From: Mesotaenium endlicherianum
Lineage: Eukaryota
Length of the DNA stretch: 53,837 nucleotides
NCBI GenBank assembly: GCA_009602735.1
Contig: WELA01002296.1
Location: 120,564-174,400, forward strand
Direction: 5' to 3'
Every line of letters begins with the position of its first letter. Position 1 is the stretch's first letter. Below are positions 12,480-25,281 of this stretch, piece by piece. The translations under genes were made by a program, and so were the position numbers. The notes beneath the pieces were generated by a model. It saw only the letters and a list, made by a program, of their open reading frames with translations, searched no databases and had not been told where the DNA came from.

Positions 12480-15400
12480 NACCGGCAGCTCTGAGAATGC
12501 CAGCCCATGATTGCAGAGCGTAAGGGGGACACGAGCGCACACACACGGTGACATGGAGACAGACGCGTGGGAGATGGACAAGGGATGCGAGGGTGTCAAG
12601 TTCTTCTTCCGTCGGAGTCCCTTCGGGGGGGCAGCAGTCCGTTGCTGGCACGCAGGCAGATGAACACACGCACACGCGCAACCACATGCGCATGCAAGGG
12701 CACAGGCTCTGGAACACACGCAGGGGAGTGGGCATACGAGCACGCACGGGCGCCAGCAAATTCACATTCACCACTCGTTCACACGCGCACACACACACGT
12801 GTAAAATCTTACAGCAGATGTGGGAGGGGAGGGCAGGGAAGGGGAGGCAAGAGGGATGTAGAGGGAGGGGAGGCGCCAGCTGGCAATGCTGACCTGGAGG
12901 GCGCCATACACGCGCCAGGCCTCGTAGCGCCGGAGCTCGCTCTCCTGCGTTCCGAAGCTCATCTCCGGGCCTAGCAGCTGCAGGTACGGCGCCAGGTTTG
13001 GCAGGATGAAGAGCCGCACCTGTGTGTGTGGATACGCCACCCGGAAGGAGAGGGTGGGGTAAGGGGGAGGGGGAGGGGGAGGGAAGGGGAAGAGCCGGGG
13101 GAGGGGCAGGAGGAGGATGAGCAGAATGAAGTCAAGTCAGAGAGGCCAGGCAGAGAAAAGCGTCGGAGCAAAGTGTTATATACATGTATGTATGACATAG
13201 AATATGTGTACTTGTGGAATTAAATTGATGTATACATGCGCACACGCGGACTCTTTCCATCTCTCTCACACACAACACACACAGACACACACACACACAC
13301 ATACATACACACACACATGATTACACTACATCGACACACTATATTTCAAAATCGACTAACAAGGGCTCTGTCTTACAGGGGCCTAAAGAATTCCACGGGT
13401 GAAAGACTGACATTGTCGAGGTGCGTCAAACAAGAGCAAGGAGAAAACAAAAAAACACAAAAAAACATGAAAAACAAAATTTCACCAAGAGACAAAAATC
13501 TCGTCAAGATAAGCCCGATTCCTGTTCAGGACGCGCAAAGAGACACCAGTCCAAGAAAACCCCACCAAGAAGCACGCACTAGGAGTTGGAAAGGGCCCCC
13601 ATAGGAACAACCCGAACAGGTTGAACACGCTGTAGGCCAATCGGAACCCACGAGGAGACACAGCCCTGATTTTAAGTCTGTCACGAGAAATGCTCCAGGG
13701 AAAGACCCAGATTCAAAACCCAGATTCAAAACCTAGATTCAAAAGCCCTCTAGTATCTCCCTAAGGTCAACCAGGATGCTCTAAGAGGAGATACCAGTTT
13801 GAAGAAACTCGACCAAGGAGAACGCCGTTTTAAAATAAATGAAAATATTAAAAATAAAAATCTGCCCTAGGTAAGCCAGGGCGCGAGAGAGGAGAGGTAC
13901 CATGCGCGAGCCGAGGGCGGCGAGGCCTCTGACTGCGCCGTAGTGCTGCACCAGCGCGCGCTTGGGGTCCAGTAGCGTCGCGACAAGTGTCTTCGTCACG
14001 CGCGGCTGCAGCGCCTGGTAGGCGTGCCCAAACCTGTGCGGGGGGAGGATTTGGATTTTTATTTATTTCATGCACTAGTATATTTAATATGATATCGTCA
14101 ACTGAATACGAGAACTGGAAATATAACAAAGTGTTTCCATCCATGTCATTTTCCGATAACTTCGGATAACTTGCGTGACTCAGCTGATTCATTTTCCTTT
14201 TTCTTGGGAAATGTGAAGGGGTGAGCATGTGTGCGTGCCCGGTGTGCGTGTGCACGTACGCACTGGCAAGCGCGTAAGAAAACATGTGCATATGTGCATG
14301 CGCATGGCGTGAGTGCGTACGCCCAGCGTCCCCGACATGGACATCAATCAGATGTGCACAAACGCACTTCACACGCACATATGCACGCAGGTATGCACGC
14401 ACGCCCGCACGACCGCAGTGTGTACGCGCGTGCGGCGGCTGAGGCAAGAAAATGCAGCCCACCTTTTGCAGATGAAAGCGACAAGGGTGGCGGTGAAGTC
14501 TCGCAGAGCCCAGTGGTTCTCAAAGCTCCTGCCGCCCAGCCTCTTGGCGACCAGGCACGTGATGACAGATGGCATCAGCTGGTGCAGCTGCAGCACCCGG
14601 CCACAAACGTGCCACTTGTCAGCACTGATAATACTTGCATGTCAGCCCGTGAGAGAGGGCGAGAAAGAGTGAGTAAGCGCTGTATGTGCGCGCACGCCTA
14701 TGTGCGCATGCAGGTAAGTGTGTGTGTGCGTGGGCGCCTCCGTGAGTGTGCGTGCGCATCTATGGGTGTGTACGTAATTGTGTGCTTCCGACTGTATGCG
14801 TGTGCGCGTGTCTGATTGTGGGCAGGCAAGACGATAGAAGAAGGGGGCGGGGGGNNNNNNNNNNNNNNNNNNNNNNNNNNNNNNNNNNNNNNNNNNNNNN
14901 NNNNNNNNNNNNNNNNNNNNNNNNNNNNNNNNNCGGGGGGGGAGGGGGGAGGGGGGAAGTGGGCCAGAACCTAATGTGCGTTGACATGTTCATCTCTCAT
15001 CGTGCGTATGCATAAGAACGGAGAACTCACAAAGAGTCAGCAGAAATAGACGGCCTCTCTGCACAGGCATCGACAGCAATCGAGCTGGCAAAGAACATGC
15101 ATGGAAACAGATGGTTAGCACTCCCACCCTGGCACAAGTATCAACTCTTCTTGCAACTTGAAGAAGCTCACAGCTCGAAACAAGAGCTCGAAACGAACTC
15201 AAAACGAACTCGAGCGTCAATCAGAATGGAAGAATGGATGAATGGAAGAAGAGCGTACGTAGGGCTCGATGTGAATGTGGGGGTTGGTGAGCAGGCTCTG
15301 AACCGCCTTCATCAGTGTGAACAGGAGCCCAAAGTCGTCCAGCCCCCGGGTCACCTGCGCACGCGCACAGTATTGAGGGAAGGGGGGGAGGGGGGAGTGG

Positions 15401-18400
15401 GAGGGGGAAGGGAAGGAGTGAGAGAGGAAGTGAGAGGGGACACAAGCGATTGAGGGTAGTGTACGAGTTTGTACAAGGAAGAGGAGAGGAGAGAGGGGGA
15501 GAGGGAAGGAGAGTAAGGGGGGGACGGGAAAGAGAGGGCGAGAGAGCGGGAGAAAGAGAGGGAGAGAGGGAGAAAAGAAGGGGGAGGAAAAGAGGGAGCG
15601 AGGGCAAAGGGGAGAGGGAGAGGGAAAGAGGAAGATAGAGAGGGAGAGGAAGAGGGAGCGGGAGAAAGAGAGGGAGAGGAAGAGGGAGCGGGAAAGAGGG
15701 ATAGGGAGCGAGAGGGAGCGGGAGAAGGGTTAGCGAGAGGGAGAGAGGGCGAGAGAAAACTACGCGAACAAACACAAGGCCAAACGCGTCTCCAAGATCA
15801 TGCGTGTGAGACATTGAGAAGCAGCGTCCCTGTCGTCCTCGCGGGACGCACACGCGCATGCAGAAGGCACTGCCTCCAACCTTATGACGGCATGCACATC
15901 CATAGTTTACTACTTACTTCCGCTTCCAAAACCTCTCTCGCAGTACGTGCGCTCGACACGAACCACGAGTATGCCACCTCAGCCAGCCAGCTTCGCCAGC
16001 ACAGCCGCCCAGGGACAGCTCAGCCAGCTCAGACAGCCAGCCAGTCAGCCAGCCAGCTCAGCCAGCTCAGCCGATTTCTCACCCAAAACCCTGACATGCA
16101 CGAGCATGCCAAGCATTAGCGCCTCCCCGTACAAGAAGCAGCAGCAGGCAGAGGAGAAGAAGGTGTGCAACGAGAAGGGACCGTGGGGGGGCAGAGAGGA
16201 GGAGGCGGGAGCGGGGAGGCGGAAGAACATGGGTGTGGGGGATGGTGTGGGGGAAGAGAGAGAGCGGGACGGGGGGGAGAGGAGGCAGGGGAAGGAGGCA
16301 AGGGGCAGGTGGGCAGGACGCACAGGGGAGAGGGGCGAGAGGGGCGAGAGGGGGAGGTGCAGAGGAGAGGGGGGAGAGAGCGGGTTTGAGGGGAAAGTAG
16401 CCGGGGGGAAAGAGGGCCCGTGGTAACGGGGCGGAGAGAGAAGGGGGGGGGGGCAGGGGCAGGGGCAGGGGCAAGGCGGGGACTGCGCTGAAGGGGAGGC
16501 CGGGTCAGAGGAGGGGCCAGCTCGGAGGAGGCTTCAGCGGTACCTCGTCCGCGATGAACTGCGTGAAGTAGGGCACCAGCGAGTGCAACCCCGAGTCGGA
16601 GGCCAGGCTGCGCAGCGCGTCCTCCAGGAGCTTGCCATCTGTCCTCATGATGATCACCTCCGTGATCTTCTCAAAGTACATCTGGGTGGCGCAGGCGCAG
16701 GCGTAGGCGCAGCAGCAGCAGCAGTACGGCGGCGGGCGGCGGGCGGGGTCAAGTAGCGCGCACGCAGGCACGCACGGCACGGCACGCAAGCATGTCAAAC
16801 CACGCAGGAGTGGCACACACGCATGCACGCACGCACGCACGCACGCATGTCATGCCACATGTCAGGCAGGAGTCTCAAGCATGGCACGCGCGCTCGCCTG
16901 ACGGAGGAGGGGTGAGAGCTGCTGCGCTGCATACATATCGAAGCCGGCATTCCTTTCTCCTTTCTGCGACTTTCATAGCAAGACCCTAAGCCCCTGCTGC
17001 CCTACATCTAACCCTACTCAACCCCTTGCCCCAACACCCTAACGATCTTCATTAGAGAAAGTGGTGCCCCCTCTCAAGACGCTGCAGCAGCGTCACGGCG
17101 TCGCCACGTGACACGCACGTCTGGCCGAGCTGGCGTTCCTTCCTGAGTGGAAAACGGCAGGCCCTTCCCCAGTATTCACATGCCAACTCTTTTCCAGCCC
17201 AAAATCTGAGCGACCCCCCCCCGGGGGGCGCAAAGTAACCAAAGCAACCCTCACTCTCAAGAGAAGCAGCTGCACGAATTTGAGCATCAAGCGCTCTACT
17301 CACACCCCACACGCACGCAACATCCCATACCCTAACATGCAGAAGCTGCAGCAGGCGTCAAAGAGTCGCGCACTCTCTCCCGAGGAAGTCCACAGCCCAC
17401 AGCCCATTTCAACTCAACGACCCGAGCAGCGTACCCTTCCCGAGAAGGCCGTCGCAAGACCCGAGAAATATTGACCACTCATAGCCCCAAAACCCGATCC
17501 TTCGACCCCGCAGCCCCAAACCTGAAAAACCTCTCTTCAATGCGAGAAACTTCAAACTCTTCTGCCCTTCTGCCCCCATAAAAGCGCCCACGGCCATGCT
17601 CTAGAGCAAGCACTCCAACCCGTGTGTGAAATCGCATCAACGCTCCACAAACCCCTCAATGAAAACCCCGTGCCTTCAGTGACCCCCCCCGGCGGTACGA
17701 GAAATCTTCTCCCCCCTTCCCCCCTGAAAGCTGCTGCCGCACACTCTGCCGACTGTCCACGTTCTGCAGGCTCTACACACTCTGCAGGCTCTACACACTC
17801 TGCACGCGGGGAAGCCAGCCAGCCATGGCCTTCCTCCTGCAAGCGTGCGCGGGAGCGAATGCAACGCTCCCATGGTGCCCTCCTTCTCCTTGCGGATTAT
17901 ACTGGTCTACTCATGACATTATATGCATTACATGTAGATTCACTTATTGTATAGTAAGTGCATTACTTTATGTGCTGGTTTTGATGGACTAATTTTGTGT
18001 ACATCATATGTACGAACTGGTCAATATACATGCACTTGATATTATTATATGTTACTACATATGCTTTCATTATTCTCATTCATCTGACGTATTCGAAAAT
18101 AAAATGCAAGAGCAAGTGCAAGAGAAGGGCAAATTTTGGGACAGAAAGGGAACAGGGAAGGGGGGAGAGGGTGCACACCTGGAGCTCTTTCGACAGCACG
18201 TGCTTGACAGCTGGCTTAATCTCCACAGGGAGCAAATCGTCCACACCCCCACCAGCGGCCCCCGCAGCCTCACCCTTCGGCTTCACATCTACTCCTCCTC
18301 CCCTTCCTCCGGGCGGCGCTATTGCTGCCCACAAGCACACGCATGCACACGTGTAAGCAAGCACACTCGCACACATACGTAAAAGAACACGTGCACACGC

Positions 18401-18681
18401 AAACACCTGAGCATGCACGCGCGCATGCCTGCACACTCGTAAGCACGCACGCATGCACGCATGCACACAAAGAAACAGACAAATACGCGCGCGCACACAC
18501 ACACAAGAAGAACAGAAGACACAGAGAGAATCTGCTGTACGTCACAAGCAATGAACGTACACGCGCACACGCACGCGTGCGCACACACATACACGCGCGC
18601 GCACACACACCCACAGACACACGTGTGCGCGCACATAGAGAAGGCAACCCAGGAGAGTGAAGAGGCTGCTGCTACAGCTGC

Positions 18682-18712
<31 letters not shown>

Positions 18713-19681
18713 TTGCTGCTACAGCTGCTGCTATTGCTGATGCTGCTGCTTCTTCTTACGAGCAATGGGCGCGTTCTCTGGGATGGCCGGCTGCACTCCC
18801 TCCACGGCCAGCCAGTGCGCGGCAATGGATACGTCCACCGGCGCCCTCGGCAGAGGGGCCTCAATGATCTGCACGTCACATGGCGCGACAGCAGGCATAC
18901 ACGTACACGTCACATAGACGTCACACACAACAGGGCACGCGGCGACGCTCTCTGACACATGCGCAAGTAACACACGAGTGTTCGTTGCTTTGGGGCCTCT
19001 GGGCAGAGGAGCTTCTGTCATCTGCACGCCACATGGCGCGACCGGAGGCACACGCGGAACGCACAGTCGCACAGGACAGGCCACGTGGGCGGTATCGCCT
19101 GACGCGTGCACGTCATGATTGGTAGATCTGCAGGTAGACCTGAGGTGGCCTGTGGCAGCGGGAGGCCTCCAAAAGTAGCGCCATGTGTCGCAGACCGAGA
19201 GACGAGGCGCTAATATCATGCGCAGGGGGGGATTACAGGCCTACCCTAGAGTCGGATCGTGGTGGGGTGCACGCACACACAGCACCCACACTTGCGCGCG
19301 CACTAGCACGCACAAAGACACACGCACTTGCAGACACGCGCACGCACACACACACAAGCAGGCACGCCCACAGAAACCGGGCTTACAGAGCTCACGCGGA
19401 GCATATACAGAGTAGCACAAAGCCATCACACCAGATTGACCTCCTTAATGTTCAGGTCACACACACACACACACACACACACAACGCAGACACACACGCA
19501 TACAAACACACACGCACACACACGCACGCACACACACATGCGCTTGCACACCCAGGGTAAAACCCCACACCCTAACACTTCAATCACAAACACACAAGAA
19601 ACATCCTGACAAGCTCGACGCGACGCAAGGCTGCAGCACCGGAGCTGAACTCCTCGAAGTTGAGGTCGCAACCATCTCAAC

Positions 19682-19715
<34 letters not shown>

Positions 19716-20957
19716 GCGCACACGCACACGCGCACGCACGCGCACACCGGCAGTAGCTCAGCAGACCAAAACCCAAAAACTCCAGGACCCGCACGAGCTG
19801 CTGACCTCCTTGAAGTCGAGGTCGCGGTCGTCCACGTAGAAGAGCTCCGCGTGGCCCATGGCGCGCCGAAATCGCAGCGGGTCCGCCGTCGCAAACCCAT
19901 ACAGCGGCTGTGCCCATCCATCGCAATTGCACAGACATTCCCCCCCCCCCCCGGCCCGCAGCGCCCCCATGCCTTATATTACAAACGCCTGCCGCTGTCC
20001 TGTGTTGAGAACACACCCCCTTGTTGTTGTCCTTTTCTAAAAGCCACCCCCCCTTGCTGCCCTTTCATGAACACACCCCCTGATGCTATTTGTTTGAAAA
20101 TCCACTCGCTGCCTTTCATCACAAGCACCCCTCCCTGCTCCCCTCTCTCCTCCCGTCTGCCCTTTGCACAAATACTGCTCTGACTGCTGCCTTTTGTTGC
20201 ACACAACTCTCTTCTGTCCACAGAGGGAGGGAGGGAGGGAGGGAGGGAGGAAGGTAGAGAACGAGTTGCAGGAGTAGGGGCGCTGGGGCTGCGGGTGTGG
20301 CAACACAGACCTCTCCATTGCGCAGGCTGAGGGCGCAGCCAGATTCTCAGGGAGGGGGCAAGGGAGAGAGAGAGGAGAAAGAGGAGAGAGAGAGAAGCAG
20401 AGAGCAAGAGGGAGACGTTGACTGGCAGGGCGGCAGAACTCTGACCTCCACGTTGCGCAGGCTTAGCGCGCTGTTGACGTCGTCGGTCGTCAGAGTGGAC
20501 CTCTTGGAATGCCGCATGCACTTGATGGCTTCCTGCCACATGTCAAGCAGGCGCGGCCCCCAAGCCCGAGCGCCAGGTGTCAGCCTAGGACGGAGTGGCG
20601 GCTCATCGAATGCGTGACTATGATGTTGAGACTTCATGCATATGTATATATGTGCCCGTCTCGTGAAGTACATGAATGACATATGTATACTGAGATATGT
20701 ATAGTGAAACACATACACTTCCATTGTACATCATGCGATGTGCATGCATAGGCCCCTGTATGTATAGCATGCATATGCATTATGAGACCATAAAGGCTTG
20801 GTCCGGTACACTATATACGTACATGTAAGCGTATTCAGACATAATGCAGGTGCGGCACGACTGAATGTATGTGTGTGTGTGTGCGTGCATGTCTGTGTGT
20901 GTGTGTGCGTGTGTGTGTGTGTGCGTGCACGTCTGTGTGTGCACATGTGTGTGTGCA

Positions 20958-21029
<72 letters not shown>

Positions 21030-21940
21030 TGTGCGTGCACGCGCGCGCCCGCACGCAGAGCCACCCAAGATAATGACTTTCATCGTATGACACCGCCCCA
21101 TGCATCAGCTACCAGGAGGTCAGCAGCAGGTTTCACAGATGCATGACCTCTTGAACCCTAGACCCTCAGCACCAGCTATGAACCCTGACCAGCACTAGCC
21201 CTAACCCTAACACCTCCATTGCACCCCACTGTTCTGATCAGCTTCCACGGAACCCTGGGGGCCATCGTTCAAAGCTACGCCATATCTCTTCTCTTCTGCC
21301 AGCTCTGATTTAGGGTTCCGTTTTGTTCCGGTAACATCGCAGTTGCACATGACGGCGCTGCCAGCTTGGTGGGCCATCAGAGCTCCCCACCACTGCTTGC
21401 TCTGATCTTAGGGTTGGGTTTTGTCTGATTTGTCTGATTCGTCTGGAGCAGCGCTCGAGGGCACTCCCGGATGGCAGGAAGTTGCCACTCTTAATTGCTC
21501 TAAATTACATCTTAAGCACTCTGACAAGTTCCCAGCGGTACATGGGGCCACTCCCAGCTTGCAGGGCCTCGTGTGAACGGTGCCCAACACCTTCTTCCAG
21601 TTCAAAAGCCTGCCCCTAGTGCCAAACCCTAGTGCCTTAACCCTAGTGCCCCCTTGGCTTTGACTTGATTGATGTGCAGGAGACAGGCAGGAGACAGGAA
21701 TGCAGTAGCATACAAGGTCAACACATAGTCAGCTTGGAGTCAACCGGAGGTCAACGAGTAAAAAGGGGGAAGGGACAAGGGAGGCGGAGGAGGGAGCACA
21801 TCAGCAAAGTCTACCTGCATAATCTCGCGCATCCGATACTCCACATCGGGAGCGAGAGCAGCTGCCACCTCATCTGGGAGCTCGGAAATGCCTATGCTCT
21901 GAGCCGCAATCTGAATTGTCTCCTTTGGTACTAGACTCAT
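10290..21940 (-). CDS. TAF6: Transcription initiation factor TFIID subunit 6, complete, 12 exons
   Basis: Exons (minus strand, phases checked, all GT-AG): 21940-21815, 20532-20446, 19907-19806, 18868-18760, 18324-18179, 16681-16544, 15354-15259, 14587-14463, 14033-13901, 13019-12894, 11985-11706, 11173-10290. Histone fold [18 protein letters not shown]...[66 protein letters not shown] region [17 protein letters not shown]...NHWALRD; plant-type C-terminus [25 protein letters not shown]. Confidence 0.97.
12400..12478 (+). repeat. (GA)n microsatellite in a TAF6 intron
   Basis: Pure GA dinucleotide run. Confidence 0.95.
20865..21036 (+). repeat. (TG)n-rich microsatellite in TAF6 intron 1, representative of many intronic CA/TG arrays in this window
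   Basis: Long TG run; similar arrays at ~3700-3795, 11220-11400, 19457-19745, 46476-46564, 49596-49680 and 50814-51015. Confidence 0.95.
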
Positions 21941-23601
21941 AGCAGCAGTTCGTCTCTTTTCCCGCCTTGTAGGGCGTTCTCTTTATTTTTTAGACCGTCA
22001 GCTCTCTTTATTGTTCGGACCGTCAATAAGTATTCAGTTATCTACTTTTGGCCACCGCATTCACACTGTTGCTTCTTAAATTGGAGTGGAAGAAGTGCTC
22101 CAAACAGGGTCGCCAAACACATGGAGGAATTTGAGTAATGGGTGGTGTTCTTAATGCAACGAGGGTTTAACCAGAGGGCAGCTGCTAACGAAGTCCTCGA
22201 AAAGTGGGGGAGGACTGTCTATCTTGCGAAGTAAAGGTCGTCGAACGAACGCCAACGCCGAGCCCCTTCAACACGCAATGTATGCAGAATGACTCGTCGC
22301 TGCTATTTTGTCGTCCCTGCTACAAATGCGCTAAGCAGACACAGAGGGTCCCACTATGCATAAACATGCGTGCACTCGAGTGCGCACGACCTCGTCTTGC
22401 AAAGTCCTCTAGCAAGCCCTGACCAATTACACCAAACAACCACAGGAAATCTCAAGGAGCTTTAGGACATAAAATGAATGTGGAGGGGTACCAGCTATTA
22501 TGCATCAACTGGGTCATTATCCATCTCCCTAGCTTCCTACTTGTCTATCCCCAGCAATCTCGGGCACCGGCGTCAACGCATCGAAGACCCGTCTCCGTCA
22601 ATTGAATTGTACTTATCTGCACCTGATCTGCACTTCGGTAAAAAACTTGACTGGAAACCCTCGACCCCGAACCCCCTTCAAAAAACTGATTCTCGACAAT
22701 GCATGCTCGTTGCCAATGCAGCAGTAAAGCTCTGCGAAGCCGATAAACAATATAAATAGCAAGACAGCTGCGTTTGGCTGCACATTTCTCAAGTTGAAAA
22801 TGCGCAGCCTCTGTAAGATGGGTATGTAGAAAACCAGCTCTTCAGCACGTACACTGGCGCGCCTCCTCATGCAAATCAGGATAGACGTGGTAATGGGAGA
22901 CCTTGCTGGGCAATGGCCTGTGGGGCCTGGGCTTAACCTGGTCCTGATATCTCAGCCTTCTGGCCCGTCTCTCGTTCGGTCAAATCGGCTACGAAGGAGG
23001 AGAGGGCAGAAGATGAGCAGGGCTGACAGCAATGTTCTCTTCTCCCTGCACAGCAGCTCGGCTTTCACCCTGTGCGGCTTTCACCCTGTGCTGCCGTCTG
23101 GCTGGTGATTGACGACTGCGGCTCTGTGAGAAGCAAGCCATTGGATCCGAAACATACGCCGGCCGACGTGCCACATTGCACGAGTGCGAGCTTGACATTG
23201 GTGCTCCGCAACCAAGACAACGTTATGACCCACAACTCGTGCAGGTGTGTGTTTTACGTGCATGTACGCTCGCCTGTGCATAAGTATGTCTGCTTGTGTG
23301 GGTGCGTGAATGTGTGTTGGGGGCAGGGAAGGGGGGGGGGGGCTGTTAAGCTTTTAATCTTGTCATGGGGGTTGTAATAGAACTATTTGAGATGAACAGT
23401 ATGAAGAGTGGTTCCTGCATGGCTTTTCGAGGAACAGGGTCTCTCCCCATGCGCAGTAAATGTCTTTTCCTTTGAGTGCTTTCAGGGAGTAACGAGGCTT
23501 CCTGCTTTCAGTACCCTCGACCAGCAGGGGAGGGGAGTAGGGTGTTCAAGGAATATCGAAAGAGCTTGATTGAGCTGAACATACCTGCCCTGTGCTGGGC
23601 T

Positions 23602-23749
23602 GCACACATCGAAGGCTTACGAGGCCACGCAATGCCTCTCGAGTTCATCACGTGTGCCACACAAATGGCGCGTCCTCATTGGACGCAGGCCCTGCAGGCA
23701 GAGCGCTGGTCCCTCTCTCTGACCTCCGCTCTTTTAGCAGGGCCCACAT
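23602..23749 (+). repeat. ~150-bp dispersed repeat (intergenic copy)
   Basis: Same sequence and orientation as 398-546 and 1660-1808. Confidence 0.9.
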
Positions 23750-25281
23750 CCCTCCCCCCCCCTCCTCCCTTCTCCCCCTTTCCCACTCCTGATTTTTGAG
23801 CCTGTGCGTGTGTGCGCTGGGCTTGCCATGTAGAACAGGTGCTCCCAGAGAGGATGTGCGGCAGTGTATGGCCGACTTAGAGGAACGAGTGGCCGGCGCT
23901 TGTCCGTCCATCCATGGCCTCGCGTGGCTTTGCCGTGGAGATGGGCCGTCCAGCTCCAGGTGGAGGGCGAAGGGTGGGAGGGTGGGAGGGAGGGCTGCGC
24001 GGAAGGTGCAAAGCGAGCAAAGTGTGGAAGTGAGGAGGTGAGGGGGCTAGAGGGAGACCGCGGGGAGGATGCGGGTGGTGACTACGCTGGAGACGCCACG
24101 ACAAGGCTCGACAAATGTCCGCCAAAGGCGCACCGGCACCCGCGTCTTTGGCACCTGCAACGGCGACACCTGTGGCAACGGCGACACCTGAAAGACGACA
24201 TGTTGGCGACCGGGCGTGAGTGGCGCGGCAGGGCAGGGCAGGGCTACTCAGCCAACTGCAGGACGAGCCAATCCTCACCCTTCCATCCCTTAGGTTCTCA
24301 AGGAACACGAGCACAGGCTGCGTGAGAGTGCGCGCGCCGGTTGAGAGCTTGTGCGTGCGCCCGCGCTTCGCGTGCGGCGACGGCCTCCTTCATGGCCCCG
24401 GCTGCACACTCTACAGCCGCGCTTGGCAGCTGCCCGCATCGGCCGCGCGCTAAACAGCTCTACACACTTGGCGACCTCCTGAAGCACGCTCTGCAGCTCC
24501 CTGCCTGCAGCTGCTCGTGACGTCTGCGCCCGACAGCTGTACCTACAGCGGTGCTAGACTGCGGGGTCAGCTGCTGCACTTGACGATCGCCTGTGGCCGC
24601 ACTCGACAGACGCGATTATCGATTGTGTGGGGTGGGTTCATCTGGGCGTGGGTGTATCTGTAGGTGCTGCCGCGCCGTATGTATGGGTAGATATGAATGT
24701 TGGGACTTAGGTTCATAGGCAGGTGTTGTATATATGGATGTGAGTGGACATTTGTGAAATTGATATTTCTTCAGTAGGCATTGGTGATACGTGTGGCCAC
24801 ATGTACTTGGGTCTGCGTGTATGGGAGAGTAGGTCCAGGAGTGGGTAGATATATTCGTATATGGGTATATGGGGGTCCAAATAAACGTGAATGTAGGCGT
24901 TATTATGTCCACACGTGTTTGGGTATGTGCTCGTGAAAGTGTATGGGTAGGTGATTGTGAATGTATATATGTGGCAGTAGTAGTGTACACAGGCGAGGGT
25001 ATATGAGAGCGATACTCGACTGCATCTTTTATCGATGTGGCCAGGTGCCACATGCAGCCCAAATGCCCATTTATTGGACACTTAGGTACTTTTTAGCGCC
25101 ATTTGCGGCGGTTTTTTCGGAATGGTCTGGAATTTGGGATACTTGTAGGTAACCCCCATATATAGATCTCCCTAAAGTTTCAGACACAGCTGGCATATTT
25201 TCCATAAGTTATTGCACTTTTAGTGAAATTGAAGAATATGTCGACAGAAGTGGAAATTGTCACTTTCTCTCATTCTTGCTG

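Noticed and set aside
17740..17806. Short tandem repeats (18-bp CACACTCTGCAGGCTCTA; also CCCTAGTGCC x3 at ~21613-21650) as a possible CRISPR-like array
   Set aside because: Head-to-tail minisatellites without unique spacers, in eukaryotic introns, with no cas genes.
3526..21146. Many HTHT/CVCV/RERE/SLSL ORFs in the ORF track
   Set aside because: They are translations of intronic CA/TG/GA microsatellites or antisense shadows of GC-rich exons.
24616..25040. Strand-biased GT/AT-rich block bounded by TATCGAT motifs, with His/Thr/Tyr-rich ORFs
   Set aside because: Low-complexity degenerate repeat; the ORFs are compositional artefacts and the 7-bp boundary match is too short to call an element.
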